Positions 1 to 10,950 of a DNA stretch of 64,000 bases are shown here, piece by piece. The notes below the pieces were generated by a model. It worked only from the letters and a program-made list of their open reading frames with translations. It did not search any database and was not told the DNA's origin. Source of the stretch: an uncultured Pseudomonadota bacterium (GTDB lineage: Bacteria; Myxococcota_A; Polyangia; Fen-1088). The position numbers were made by a program, and so were the translations under genes. The first letter of the stretch is position 1, and each line of letters opens with the position of its first letter. The stretch spans positions 310,952 to 374,951 of the forward strand of contig CAWHRJ010000007.1 of the NCBI GenBank assembly GCA_963831685.1, read 5' to 3'.

Positions 1-946
1 CGGCCGCGATGTCCTCGTCGTAGAGCTCGGAGAGGAACTTCGACACCCGCAGGGCGTCGGTGGCCGGCGAGGTCTGCGCCAGGAACTTCGCCAGGTCGTG
101 GCGCAGCTCCTCGCAGCTCGCATAGCGGTCCTTGAGATCGGGCGCCAGCGCCTTGAGGGTGATCCGATCCAGCTCGACCGGCACGCGCCCGGCGCGCTTG
201 GACGGCGCCACCAGGTCGGGATTGCGCACCCGACGCAGGAGCTCTTCGGAGGTGTGCTGGTCCTTGGCGGCGCCCGGGGGGCGCCCCGACGGAAACAGCT
301 GCCGGCCGGTCAGGAGCTCCCAGAGGATGATCCCCGTCGCGTAGAGGTCGGTGCGGCCGTCGATCTTCTCGCCGCGCGCCTGCTCGGGCGACATGTAGCT
401 GACCTTGCCGTAGATGATCCCGGGCGCGGTCTTTTCAATCTTCAGGGTGGACGACGCCAGACCGAAATCCGTCAGCCTCACCTCGCCGCTGTACGAGAGC
501 AGGACGTTCGGCGGCGAGACGTCCCTGTGCACCAGCTTGATGTCGCCGAAGTTGTGCGCGTAGTAGAGGCCGCGCGCCATCTCGCGCGCGATGTGCGCGG
601 CGACGTCGACGGGAAACGCGATCCCCTTCTTGGCGCAACGGTTCCAGGTGGCGCGCAGGTCGCGCCCCTCGACGAAGTCCATCGCCAGGTAGATCTCGCC
701 GCCCGCCTGCCCCGAGTCGAACACCGGCACCAGGTTTCCGTGCGAGAGGCGAACGACCACCTTGGCCTCGTCGCGAAAGCGCTGCAGGTACTCCTTGTCC
801 GCCAGGTGCGGCAGGACGGTCTTGATCACGCAGAGCTTGGCGCTCTCCTGCGGGCCGGACAGCGCCAGATAGAGCGCCCCCATGCCGCCGCGGGCGAGCG
901 GCTTGAGCAGCACGTACGGTCCGAACCGGCGCGGGAATTCGTTCAT
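1..946 (-). CDS. Serine/threonine protein kinase (Hanks type), 3' end runs off the window
   Basis: Manual translation of the minus strand from ATG 946 gives MNEFPRRFGPYVLLKPLARGGMGALY...VIK...HRDVSPPNVLL...DFG...YMSPEQARG...D, the canonical kinase subdomains. Confidence 0.93.
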   Translation of the reverse strand, partial: MNEFPRRFGPYVLLKPLARGGMGALYLALSGPQESAKLCVIKTVLPHLADKEYLQRFRDEAKVVVRLSHGNLVPVFDSGQAGGEIYLAMDFVEGRDLRATWNRCAKKGIAFPVDVAAHIAREMARGLYYAHNFGDIKLVHRDVSPPNVLLSYSGEVRLTDFGLASSTLKIEKTAPGIIYGKVSYMSPEQARGEKIDGRTDLYATGIILWELLTGRQLFPSGRPPGAAKDQHTSEELLRRVRNPDLVAPSKRAGRVPVELDRITLKALAPDLKDRYASCEELRHDLAKFLAQTSPATDALRVSKFLSELYDEDIAA

Positions 947-1220
947 GTCGCGAGGCCGCATCGCCGGAGGGCCCGCCGCAGCCGGGCCCCCGCGGGGGGC
1001 GGCCCGTTGGGCGTCTTCTTGGGTGGGCGATCTTATCAGGTTGACGCTCCTCGCATAACTTTCGCTACGGGCGACTCCTGACAGGGAAATCGCGCGGATA
1101 CCTGTTGGTAATCGACCAGACCTCCATACTTCTAAAGCAGCTCCGGCTGACATGTGGTCGGATGCCTACCTGCCGCCTCGGGGATGCGGGCGACGGTGAA
1201 AAAGGTGAAGATGCCTCCCG

Positions 1221-2849
1221 ATGTCGACGGGAAATAGGGCCGCCCTCCTCGCAGCCTCGGCGCTCTGCGCGGCTGCGTTCGGGTGTAACCCGGCCCCGAA
1301 CCGCGTCGAGACCGGCCTGGGCGGAAGCGGTGCCACGGGGGGAAACCTGGGCACCGGCGGAACCCCCGCGGCCGGCGGAAGCGTCGCCTCCGGCGGACTC
1401 GTCGCCGGAAATTCGCCGACGACGCGGAAAACAGTCACCCTCGGCGGGTCACCCGACACCAAGGTCGATATCCTGTTCGTGCTCGAGGATTGGTCGGGGG
1501 AAACCGAGCGCCAGCAGAAGCTCTCCAACCAGATTCCGCTGTTTACGAGCGTGCTCAAGAGCCCGACGGTTCCGCTCGATCTCCACATCGCCGTGGTCAG
1601 CACCGACATGGGCGCGCCGAGCAACGTTCAAACTGCGCTCGGCTGCACGGCGATTGGCGACGGCGCGCAATTCCGGAGCGCGCCGACGGGACTTTGCACC
1701 GACACCACCCTCCAGATCGGCGCGACCTATCTCGCCGACGACGGTATTGGAACAACGAATTTCACCGGATCGATCGCCGACGTCCTGCAGTGCATTTCCT
1801 TCCTCGGACACGAGGGATGCGGCTTCGGGCAGCCGCTGGCAGCCGCGGCGCACGCGCTCGGCGCCGACAACGTCGTCGGCGGCGTGCCGACCCCACCCGC
1901 TTCCAACGCGGGGTTCCTGCGCCCGGACGCGGCGCTGGCGATCATCTTCCTGGCCGACCAGGACGACTGTTCGGCGCCGGCCGGAACCGCGCTCTTCTCG
2001 CTCGACGGTGAACAGAACCTCACCAACCCGCTCGGGCCCTTGCAGCACTATCGCTGCAACCAGTTCGGCCACCTCTGTCGAGATCCGGCGAGCGGCGATC
2101 TCGTGGTGCCGCCGCTCGACCCGCCGGTCGACGCGCAGGGGACCCCGACCGCGCCCACGCTCGATCTCGCAGGTTGCAAGGACAACGACCAGGGAACGGG
2201 CCTGCTGACGCCCGTGAGCCAGTTCGTCACCGATATCCGCGCGCTCAAGACCGATCCCGACAACCAGATCCTCGTCACCGGCATCGTCGCGCCGACGTCC
2301 CCCTATTCGGTCGCCTGGGTTCCGGCGGCGGGGGCGCAACCGGGCGAGCTCTGGCCCGAGGTCGAGCACTCCTGCGGCGCCCCCGGCGGTGACGACGTCA
2401 ACCCCGAGGCGGCGAAAACCACGACCGATGGCAGCTTCGGCGATCCCGGCGTGCGGATCGCCCAGTTCGTCGACGCCTTTCCGCAGAGCCTGCTCGCCTC
2501 GATCTGCAACGCCAGCTACGCATCGGCCGCCCAGACCATCGCCACCCGGATCGCCCGCCTGCCCGGCAACCAGAACTGCCTGACCGGCCCGATCCAGGTC
2601 GACGGCTACGGCCAGCCGGCCTGCACGGTCACGGCGACCGTCGCGAACGCGAGCGGCGCCTGGTTGACCGTCCCCTATCCGAACTGCAACGAGAACGAAA
2701 ACCTCATCCCCTGCTGGACCCTGGCGAACGGGACCGGGAGCTGCGACGGGCAGGCTTTCGTCATCAACGACATCCCCGGCCAGCCGAGCGAGTCGGTCAC
2801 CGCGACCTGCTCGTTCTGCAAGCCGGGCGTCAGCGCATCGGGCTGTTGA
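1221..2849 (+). CDS. Cys-rich secreted lipoprotein with vWA-like domain (myxobacterial type)
   Basis: Lipobox AFGC, Gly-rich linker, KVDILFVLEDWSG / LHIAVVSTDMG / GCGFGQPL / GFLRPDAALAIIFLADQDDCS motifs typical of myxobacterial vWA lipoproteins. Confidence 0.7.
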   Translation: MSTGNRAALLAASALCAAAFGCNPAPNRVETGLGGSGATGGNLGTGGTPAAGGSVASGGLVAGNSPTTRKTVTLGGSPDTKVDILFVLEDWSGETERQQKLSNQIPLFTSVLKSPTVPLDLHIAVVSTDMGAPSNVQTALGCTAIGDGAQFRSAPTGLCTDTTLQIGATYLADDGIGTTNFTGSIADVLQCISFLGHEGCGFGQPLAAAAHALGADNVVGGVPTPPASNAGFLRPDAALAIIFLADQDDCSAPAGTALFSLDGEQNLTNPLGPLQHYRCNQFGHLCRDPASGDLVVPPLDPPVDAQGTPTAPTLDLAGCKDNDQGTGLLTPVSQFVTDIRALKTDPDNQILVTGIVAPTSPYSVAWVPAAGAQPGELWPEVEHSCGAPGGDDVNPEAAKTTTDGSFGDPGVRIAQFVDAFPQSLLASICNASYASAAQTIATRIARLPGNQNCLTGPIQVDGYGQPACTVTATVANASGAWLTVPYPNCNENENLIPCWTLANGTGSCDGQAFVINDIPGQPSESVTATCSFCKPGVSASGC

Positions 2850-2863
2850 GGAGAAGCGAGCGA

Positions 2864-4105
2864 ATGGCAGACGGATATCTCCTGGTCATCGACGACAGCC
2901 CGACCGTGCAGAAGGTCGTCGCGCTCGCGCTGTCGGAGGCGGGGCACCGGGTCGTCGGCGCCGCCGATGGGGCCGCGGCGTTCGAGCAGATCCGCGAAGC
3001 GGGCCGCGCGCCCGCGCTCATCCTCCTCGACGGCTTCATCCCCGGGCGTGACACCGTCGACTTCTGCCGCCAGCTGACCGACGATCCGGCGCTGGCGCGC
3101 GTCCCCGTGGTGGTGATGATCGCGCGCGGGCAGGCGTCCGACCTCGAGCAGCGGTTCGCCAAGGCCTCCAACGTCGTCGACACGATCGCCAAGCCGTTCT
3201 CGCCCGAGGCGCTGCGGGCGGTGGTCGCGCGCGTCGTCCGGCCGGCGGCGGGCGGCGGCACGGCCCGACCCGCCGCCGTCGGAGAGGCGCTGTCGCTTTC
3301 GGCCGCCGCCGATGACGGCGCCCTCGGCCAGGCCCGGACCCTCGCCGCCGAAGGGGTGGCCCTGACCGGGAACCTCGCGACCATCTCGCTGAGCCAGACC
3401 TTCGAGCTGCTCGCCGAACAGCGGCACACGGGCGCGCTGCGGGTCACGAGCTCCGAGACCGGCGCGCGGATCGAGCTTTACCTTCGGGGCGGACGGATCG
3501 ACTTCGCGGCTGCGGTCGGCGTGGCCGAGGAGTTCCTGATCGGCCGATTCGTCGTCGAGACCGGTGACGTGAGCGTCGAAGCGCTCACCCGCGTGCTCGA
3601 GGAACGCACCCGCGCGGGGGGGACGCCGCCGCTGTTCGGGGCCGATCTGCTGGCCCGGGGCCTCGTCACCAAGGAGGCGCTGGCCCAGGCGATCGCGAGG
3701 CAGACGAGCGAGCTCGGCTACGAGACACTCCGCTGGCAGGCCGGCTTCTTCCAGTTCCGTCCCGCGGTCGAGCTCCCCCCCGCGGCGCGCCAGGCAAAGC
3801 TGCAGCTGAGCGTCGACCGGCTGCTGCTCGAGGGATACCGGCGCGTCGACGAGTGGCGGGTCATCGAGCGGGAGATCGCCGACCTCGACGAGGTCTTCGT
3901 CCGCAACGACGGGAAGATCGGCGATCTCCCCCGGGGGACGCTGACCCGCGACGAGCTCGGCGTGCTCGACGAGATCGACGGCCGTCAGAGCGTGCGGGAG
4001 ATCGTCCGCCAGCTGCGCCTCGGCTCGTTCGACGTTTCGAAGATCTTCTTCCGCCTACGCCGCGCGCGCCTCGTCCGCCCGCGGGTGCCGCCGACCGCGG
4101 TCTAA
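2864..4105 (+). CDS. Response regulator receiver fused to DUF4388 (PatA-like) domain
   Basis: N-terminal LVIDDS...LILLDG...KPF receiver; LTGNLATISLSQTFELL...TGALRV...W..G.F.F...LLLEGYRRVDEW is a DUF4388 signature. Confidence 0.85.
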   Translation: MADGYLLVIDDSPTVQKVVALALSEAGHRVVGAADGAAAFEQIREAGRAPALILLDGFIPGRDTVDFCRQLTDDPALARVPVVVMIARGQASDLEQRFAKASNVVDTIAKPFSPEALRAVVARVVRPAAGGGTARPAAVGEALSLSAAADDGALGQARTLAAEGVALTGNLATISLSQTFELLAEQRHTGALRVTSSETGARIELYLRGGRIDFAAAVGVAEEFLIGRFVVETGDVSVEALTRVLEERTRAGGTPPLFGADLLARGLVTKEALAQAIARQTSELGYETLRWQAGFFQFRPAVELPPAARQAKLQLSVDRLLLEGYRRVDEWRVIEREIADLDEVFVRNDGKIGDLPRGTLTRDELGVLDEIDGRQSVREIVRQLRLGSFDVSKIFFRLRRARLVRPRVPPTAV

Positions 4106-4836
4106 CCCGCGCTGGCGGCGGCGCCGTCGAGGGGGGCGTCGGGGCGTTGCAGCTTGTAGCCCATGCCGCGGACCGATTGCAGCCGCTCGCCGAGGTCGCC
4201 CAGCTTGGCGCGCAGGTTCAGCACGTGGGTGTCGACGGTGCGGACCCGCCCGACGTGGCGGTAGCCCCAGACACGAGAAAGAAGCTCCTGCCGAGTGAAC
4301 ACGCGACCAACCCGATCAGCGAGGAATCGGAGGAGCTGGAATTCATACGGGGTCAGCCCGAGCGATTGCCCCCCCGCGTACGCCTGGCGCATCTCGCAGT
4401 CGAGCGTGACGTCGCCGTAACGAACCTGCAACGGCGCGCCCGGCCGCTTGTCGCGCGCCTGCAGCTGCCGCAGCCGGGCGGAGAGCTCGTCGGGGCTGAT
4501 CGGAATCAGGATGAAGTCGTCGGCGCCCATCTCCGGATCGAGGCCCGAGACGCGCCCCACCTCCAGGCAGAGGAGGATCCGTGTCGCCACCAGATCGGGG
4601 CGCTGGCGCAGCCGCCGGATCGCGTGGCGGCCGATCTCCAGGTGCTCGCCCGCCTCCACCACCGCGACGTCGGCCATCCCGGAGAGAGTCTCCAGCTCGG
4701 CGAGGTCGTAACCGACCACCGTGACGTCGTGCCCGAGCGCTCTCAGCAGCGACGCTGGCGATTCAGGTCGTGATTGGCTGCGCCCCGGATCGAGCGTGAC
4801 GACGATTGAGCGTAAACCGGAACCGACTAGCCGCAT
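4102..4836 (-). CDS. OmpR/PhoB-family winged-helix response regulator with atypical receiver
   Basis: C-terminal LTPYEFQLLRFL...VFTRQELLSRVWG...RTVDTHVLNLRAKL...VRGMGY; the receiver is degenerate. Confidence 0.88.
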   Translation of the reverse strand: MRLVGSGLRSIVVTLDPGRSQSRPESPASLLRALGHDVTVVGYDLAELETLSGMADVAVVEAGEHLEIGRHAIRRLRQRPDLVATRILLCLEVGRVSGLDPEMGADDFILIPISPDELSARLRQLQARDKRPGAPLQVRYGDVTLDCEMRQAYAGGQSLGLTPYEFQLLRFLADRVGRVFTRQELLSRVWGYRHVGRVRTVDTHVLNLRAKLGDLGERLQSVRGMGYKLQRPDAPLDGAAASAG

Positions 4837-5065
4837 GTGTGAAGCATCCGTGAATGAAGACCGATGAACGCATTCAACCTACGCCACCCTCGGTTAACTG
4901 CGCGTTTCGGCGACGCATAAAGTATGTAAACGCGCCTCCTCGCGCACCCACATGTCAGACCGCGATTTGCCTGCGCCCTGCCGAGAGCAGACGGCCGCGC
5001 ACCGACGGCCGCCAATCGCGTGAGCGTAGGCGGGCTTCGCCCGCCGGAGCTCGTCGCGGGGGGCG

Positions 5066-5086
5066 CGGGACCCTTTCAGGGTCCCG
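5066..5086 (-). terminator. Hairpin immediately downstream of dgt
   Basis: CGGGACCCT-TTC-AGGGTCCCG perfect stem just past the dgt stop; there is no clear U-tract. Confidence 0.4.
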
Positions 5087-5089
5087 AAC

Positions 5090-6140
5090 TCAGTAGATCT
5101 TCCAGCGGTGCGGCAGAAAGTATTCTTCGTAGACGCGCAGCGCGTAGCGGTCGGTCATCCCCGTGATGAAGTCGGCGACCGCGCGCGGCAGTCCGTCGGA
5201 CTCCGGAATTCCCTTGGGCCAGTGGCGGGCGCGAAACTCGTCGGGGTGGGCGTGGAAGTAGGTCCACAGCTCGCTGATGATCCGCTGCGCCTTCTCGAAC
5301 TCGCCGCGGATCTCGGGGCGTTCGTACACCGTCTCGTACAGAAAGTCGCGAAGCGCGATGAGCGCATCGAGCACCTCGTCGGTCATCCGGATCTGCCGCT
5401 TCTCCTCGAGCCGCGAGGCCGACACCATGTCGTTGACCATCCGTGAGATCCGCTCACCGTGCGACCGGCCCAGCGTCTCGAGGATGGCGGCGGGGACGGC
5501 GCCCGGATCGACCACCCGCCCGCGGACCGCGTCGTCCAGATCGTGGTTCACGTAGGCGACGATGTCGCTGATGCGGACGATCTGCCCCTCCAGCGTCATG
5601 GCCATCAGGTTGGGGTTGTCCGAGATGATGTGCCCTTTGCCCTTAGAGTGCTTGAGGATCCCGTCCCGCACCTCGACGGAGAGGTTCAGCCCCTGCCCGT
5701 CGCGCTCCAGCTTCTCGACCACGCGGATCGACTGCTTGACGTGGTGAAAACCATCCGGCATCAGCTTGGCCAGCACCTTCTCGCCCGCGTGACCGAACGG
5801 CGTGTGGCCGAGATCGTGCCCCATGACGATCGCCTCGGTGAGCGACTCGTTGAGCCGCGAGCGCGCGGGTCACCGTGCGGGCGATCTGCGCCACCTCCAG
5901 CGTGTGCGTGATGCGGGTGCGGTAGTGATCCCCCTCGGGGGCGAGAAACACCTGGGTCTTGCCGGCCAGCCGGCGAAACGCCTTCGAGTGGATGATGCGA
6001 TCGCGATCGTGCTGAAAGATCGGCCGCACCGGATCGGGCGGCTCCGGGCGGTCGCGCCCCTTGCTGGCGCGGCTCTTCTGGGCGAACGGCGAGAGGACCT
6101 TCTCCTCGTCGTCCTCCAGCTTTTCACGGATGGTGGTCAT
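5090..6140 (-). CDS. dgt: Deoxyguanosinetriphosphate triphosphohydrolase (HD family); one frame break near 5855
   Basis: [24 protein letters not shown]...[15 protein letters not shown] in ORF 5643..6140 continues as [14 protein letters not shown]...[11 protein letters not shown] in ORF 5090..5824. Confidence 0.92.
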
Positions 6141-8326
6141 CGACCCTTCTTCTTCGGTTTACCGCGCGCCCGGTTGCCCCGCCCGTCTCTTTTGTCATGG
6201 CGGTCGCGCGCGGCCGGGCGATGGGCGCCGGGCTTGCCACGTTCCGGCCTCCGATCGCGCCGACGCTTGTCACCTCGCGGCAGGTCGCGCGCGCGGTGGC
6301 GCGCCACGTGGTCGGCGAGCGCGAAGTCGATCTTGCGCCGCACCACGCTGACCGACTGCACCTCGACCCGCACGGCGTCGCCGAGCGCGAAGGCCTGGCC
6401 CGAGCGCCGGCCGACCAGCCGGCAGGCCGGCTCGTCGAAGGTGTAATAGTCGTCGGAGAGCGCGTCGATCCGCACCAGCCCCTCGACGAACGGATCGTCG
6501 ATGATGACGAACAGGCCGAACCCGGTCACGCCGGAGATGACGCCGTCGAGGACATCGCCGACGCGATCGCGCAGGAAGAAGGCGCGGTAGAGATCGATCA
6601 CCTCGCGCTCGACCTCCATGGCCTGCCGCTCCGAGAACGACGATTCGGCCGCCATCTTCTGCAGCGCCAGGCGATCGGGAACCGGCGTCACCGAGGGTGG
6701 CTTGAAGCCGCCGGCCGGCTTCTTGAGGCCGGCCAGCCGCGACTTGAGCAGCCGGTGGACGATCAGGTCCGGGTACCGACGGATCGGCGAGGTGAAGTGC
6801 AGATATTCGGCCGAGGCGAGCCCGAAGTGGCCGATGTTCACCACGTCGTACGTCGCCTGCTTGAGCGAGCGGAGCATCTGGAACGAGAGCGCCTTCTCCG
6901 CCGGGTGCCCGCGCAGCCTGTCGAGCACGCGCTTGAGCCCCTTGGGCGTGCGCGCCTCGTCGACGTCGATGGCGATGCCGTAGTTCTCGGCGAGCACCGC
7001 GAACTCCTCCAGCCGGTTGCGATCGGGGGCGTCGTGGATGCGCCAGAGCGTCTCCTCGCCGCGCTCCTGAAAGCTGCCGGCGACCGCCTCGTTGGCGGCC
7101 AGCATGAACTCCTCGATCATCGAGTAGGCCTGCCGCTCTCCCGGATCGCGCCGCGACTTGCGGATGGCGCGCACGAGGCGCGGATCGTCGTGGTCGAGCT
7201 CGACGAACGGCTCGGGCAGGTCGAAGTCGAGCGCCCCGCGTTCGAGCCGCTGCGCGCGCAGCTGCCGCGCCAGCGAGTCCATCGCGCCGCAGCGCCGGCA
7301 AAAAGGGCTCGTACTTGCTGGCGCTTGCCCCGCGTGTCGCCCCCCAGCGCCGCTGCCACGCCCGGGTAGTCGAGCCGCGCTTGCGAGTGGATGACCGCCG
7401 CCATGAAGTCGCGGTCGACAACGTGCGCGTGCTTGTCGAGGTCGATGCGCACCACCATCGCCAGCCGGTCTTCTTCAGGGCACCAGCGAGCACATGCGCG
7501 CCGACAGCGGCTCCGGCAGCATCGGGATCGCCCGGCTCGGCAGGTAGATGCTGCAGCCGCGCCGGCGCGCCTCGTCGTCGATCGGCGACCCCTCGCGCAC
7601 GTAGTGCGAGACGTCGGCCACCGCGACCCAGAGGCGCGACGCCGCCGTGCGGCAGCTTCTCGAGCGCGACCGCGTCGTCGAAGTCGCGCGCTGTCTCCGG
7701 ATCGATCGTCGTGAACGGCACCTCGCGCAGATCGGCTCTGTCGAGGCGATCGGAGAGCGAGCAGCTTCTCGCCGAACGCGGCGGCGATCCGCTCGACCTC
7801 GTCGGGGAACTCCTCGGTCGACGTCGGCGCAGGCGAGCACCTTCTCGACCTCGGTGCGCGGGTCGTCGGGGTCGCCGAGGACCTTGAGCACCTCGGCCTC
7901 GAGCGGCCCGTCTGCGACGTCCGGATAGCGGGTGATCTCGGCGACCACGGCGACTGCCGTCCTTGGCCTCGCGGCGATCGATGCCCGACAGCGAGACGAC
8001 GCCGGTGATGCGCGGGTCGTCGGGCTGCAGGACCTGGTGCCGCCCGCGACGCTGCGAGCTGGCCGGTGATCTTGGCGCGGCCGCGCGCGATGACGCGCGT
8101 CACGCGCCCCTCGACGCCGCGCACGCCGGACCAGGCCTCGATCTCGACGGTGTCGGCGTCCATGGCGGTGCCGCGGTTGCGGGCCGAGACGTGCACGTCC
8201 TCGGACTTGTCGTCGGGGACGACGAAGCCGTACCCGACGGGGTGAATCTTGATTCGCCCGGTCAGCGTACGGACGCGGGCAGGCCGCGAAGAACGTCGGG
8301 CCCAAACGTGAATTGTCGTGATTCAT
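6137..8326 (-). CDS. rnr: Ribonuclease R / RNase II family exoribonuclease; several frame breaks
   Basis: [15 protein letters not shown] fold, [45 protein letters not shown]...[19 protein letters not shown]1 domain and basic tail, spread over adjacent frames. The start is approximate. Confidence 0.9.
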
Positions 8327-8344
8327 CCAATGTGACGTTCCGTT

Positions 8345-9691
8345 CTAATGGTTTTCCGAGCGGGCGGCATGCGACGTTCGGCGCGCGTAGCGCGTAGAGC
8401 TTGCGATCGTCCGACCCCACGAAGATGGTGCCATCCGCCGCCAGCGTCGGCGAGCTGTCGACGTCGCCACCGAGCTCGACCGACCAGCGCAGGTGGCCGT
8501 CCGGCTCGAGACAGTAGAGGCGGTCGTCCTGCGAGCCGAACAGGATGGCGCCCTTGGCGTCGACCAGCGCCGACGAGACGATGCGATCGCCGGCTGCGGA
8601 AGGTCCAGGCCAGCGTGCCGTCCAGGCGGATGGCGTAGAGCTGAGCGTCGAACGAGCCGACGTAGATGATGCCGTTGCCGACGGCGGCCGACGACGCGCA
8701 CGTCGCCGCCGGTGGTGAAGGCCCAGCGCAGCGCGCCGTCGGGGCCGAGCGCGTAGAGCTTGCGATCGTCGGAGCCGACGTAGATCGTGCCGTCGTCGCC
8801 GATGGCGGGCGCGGGCTCGACGTCGCCGCCCGTGCGGAAGTCCCAGCGCTTCACGCCGTCGGGCGCGATGGCGTAGAGAGTGTCGTCCTGGCTGCCGACG
8901 ACCACGGTGCCGTCCGGCCAGCAGCGCCGGCGCCGACGCGACGTGGCCGTTGGTCGCGAAGCGCCAGCGCAGCGTGCCGTCGGGGTTGATGGCGTAGATG
9001 CCGTCGCCGCCGGTGTAGATGACGCCGTCGGGCCCGACGGTCGGGCCGGCGTCGACGTCGCAGCGGCTGGCCTCGGGGCCGATGCCCGACGCGCTGCGGG
9101 CAGGCGCCGAGCTGGAAGATCCAGCGCGGCTTCGCCTCCCCTGGCGTCGATCGCGTAGAGGTGATCGTCGTCGGAGCCGATGTAGATGGTCCCGTCGTGT
9201 GCCACGGCGGGCGAGCTGAAGATGATGTCGCCCGTCGCGTACTACCACTTCGAGCGCGCCGTCGCGCGCGACGGCGTAGAGCTTGCCGTCGTGCGAGCCG
9301 AACAGCACCGCGCCGTCGCTCGGCGATGGCCGGCGACGAGACGATCGGGCCGCCGGTCTGGACGATCCACCAGATGACCGGCTTGTTGGCGGGCAGCACG
9401 TAGGGCGATCGCCCGCGGTGCGCCGGGCCGAAGCGGAACATCGCCTGCGCCGGCTCGATGGCGTACTCCGGGAGCGGAAGCGCGGCCGCCGACCCCGCGC
9501 CGCCGCCGGCCGGACGCGACGCCGAGGCCGGCCAGACGCAGTGGCCCGCGTCGCACAGCCGGTTGAGCTTGCAGTCGTGGTCGCTCGCGCAGGGGAGCGC
9601 CTCGACGTGCGCGCAGCCCGAGCGGCTCTATGCCAAGCGGTGCGAGAAGACCAGCGAGTGACAGAAGGCGAAGGGCCGGGAGCAACCTCAC
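8345..9691 (-). CDS. PQQ-like (BamB-type) beta-propeller lipoprotein; frame breaks
   Basis: Repeated SSPxxxxDGTIYVGSDDxKLYAL...GxLRW blades in several frames; N-terminal Cys-rich CASDHDCKLNRLCDAGHC. Boundaries are approximate. Confidence 0.8.
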
Positions 9692-9773
9692 CGGCGGGAA
9701 ACGAAACGATCGGATAGCGCAAGGTTAGGGCAAATTGGAAAAGGCGCAAGACCGTCTGTTACGCTCGGCCCTG

Positions 9774-10784
9774 GTGAGAGCTCTCCTTCGCCTCGCCGTG
9801 GCCCTCGTGGCGATGACCGCAGGATGCAGGAAGCACGAACCTGCCAGACCGCCACCGGCCTCCGCCGCCGTCGCGCAACCGGCGCCGCCGCCCGCGCCGG
9901 CGCCGCCGGCCGCGCCCGCCTACCCCAACCGGCACTACCGCCACGTCGTGATCATCAGCGAGGATGGTCTGCGCCCCGACGCCCTGATGAGCGTGCTGCC
10001 GCCGGTGCACGCCGAGCTGATGAAACGCGCGGCCTTCTCGCTGACGGCTCGCACGATCCGCCGCGCCTCCACGCTGCCCTCGCACGCGGCGATGCTCTCC
10101 GGATTCGACGTCAAACAGCACGGCCTCTACTGGAACTCGTGGCACCCGGAGCGCGGGTGGATCCAGGTACCGACGATCTTCGACGCCGCGGAGAAGAACG
10201 GCGGCACCACCGCGGCGTTCGTGGGCAAGCAAAAGCTGGAGCACATCGCCCACCCCGGCTCGGTCGATTACTTCTCGCGCCCCGGCTACTTCTGCAAGAA
10301 GGTCGTCGAAGAGGCGACCGACTATCTGGTCAAGAACCGCCCCCAGATCGAGTTCATTCATTTCTCCGATCCCGACGACCTCGGCCACTCCGACGGCTGG
10401 ATGTCCAACCCGCAGCTCGAGGCCGTGCGGCACACCGACAAGTGCCTGCGCACCCTGCTGGACGCCACGGCGGCCTCCGGCCTCGATCGCGACACGCTCT
10501 TCATCATCTCGGCCGATCACGGTGGCCACGGCCACAACCACTCGGGCAAGATCAAGGAAGACCGGCTCATCCCCTGGATCGCCTGGGGTCCCGGCGTCCG
10601 CGCCGGCCACCGCATCAAGTCGCCGATCAGCACAGTCGACACCGCGGCTACCGTCCTGTGGGCCCTTGGGTACCCGAACACCCCCGGCGCGATCGGGCGT
10701 CCGGTGATGGAGGCGTTCGACCCGGCTTCGCTCCCCACAGCTTCCGGCGCCCCGCCGCCTCCGGTTGCCGCGCACCCTTTGTAG
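9774..10784 (+). CDS. Alkaline phosphatase superfamily / nucleotide pyrophosphatase-phosphodiesterase lipoprotein
   Basis: Lipobox TAGC; IISEDGLRPD, STLPSHAAMLSG (Thr nucleophile), DPDDLGH and SADHGG metal-binding motifs. Confidence 0.88.
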   Translation: MRALLRLAVALVAMTAGCRKHEPARPPPASAAVAQPAPPPAPAPPAAPAYPNRHYRHVVIISEDGLRPDALMSVLPPVHAELMKRAAFSLTARTIRRASTLPSHAAMLSGFDVKQHGLYWNSWHPERGWIQVPTIFDAAEKNGGTTAAFVGKQKLEHIAHPGSVDYFSRPGYFCKKVVEEATDYLVKNRPQIEFIHFSDPDDLGHSDGWMSNPQLEAVRHTDKCLRTLLDATAASGLDRDTLFIISADHGGHGHNHSGKIKEDRLIPWIAWGPGVRAGHRIKSPISTVDTAATVLWALGYPNTPGAIGRPVMEAFDPASLPTASGAPPPPVAAHPL

Positions 10785-10805
10785 CCGCCTCGGGCCTGTA
10801 GCTGC

Positions 10806-10893
10806 CTCGGGCCCTCGAGCCCTCTCGGCCCGTCCTCGAGCCCTCTCGAGCCCTCTCGAGCCCTCTCGTGCCCTTCTCGAGCCCTCTCGTGCC
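10806..10893. repeat. Tandem array of about 8 imperfect copies of CTCGAGCCCT
   Basis: Directly visible; exact units at 10814, 10835, 10845, 10855 and 10876, with variants in between. Confidence 0.85.
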
Positions 10894-10950
10894 TGGGTGA
10901 TCCCCGACCACGCGCGCCTCGCACGCGACCTCTCGATTCACCGCACGCCC

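Noticed and set aside
98-1081. 327-aa plus-strand ORF and many other long ORFs (e.g. 42532..44526, 54348..57563, 24472..25827)
   Set aside because: These are antisense or off-frame shadows of clear genes; long shadow ORFs are expected at this GC content.
5090-6140. dGTPase as an antiphage nucleotide-depletion gene
   Set aside because: It is the short housekeeping type, coupled to rnr, with host-like composition.
10806-10893. CRISPR array
   Set aside because: The 10-bp units have no unique spacers, and there are no cas genes in the window.
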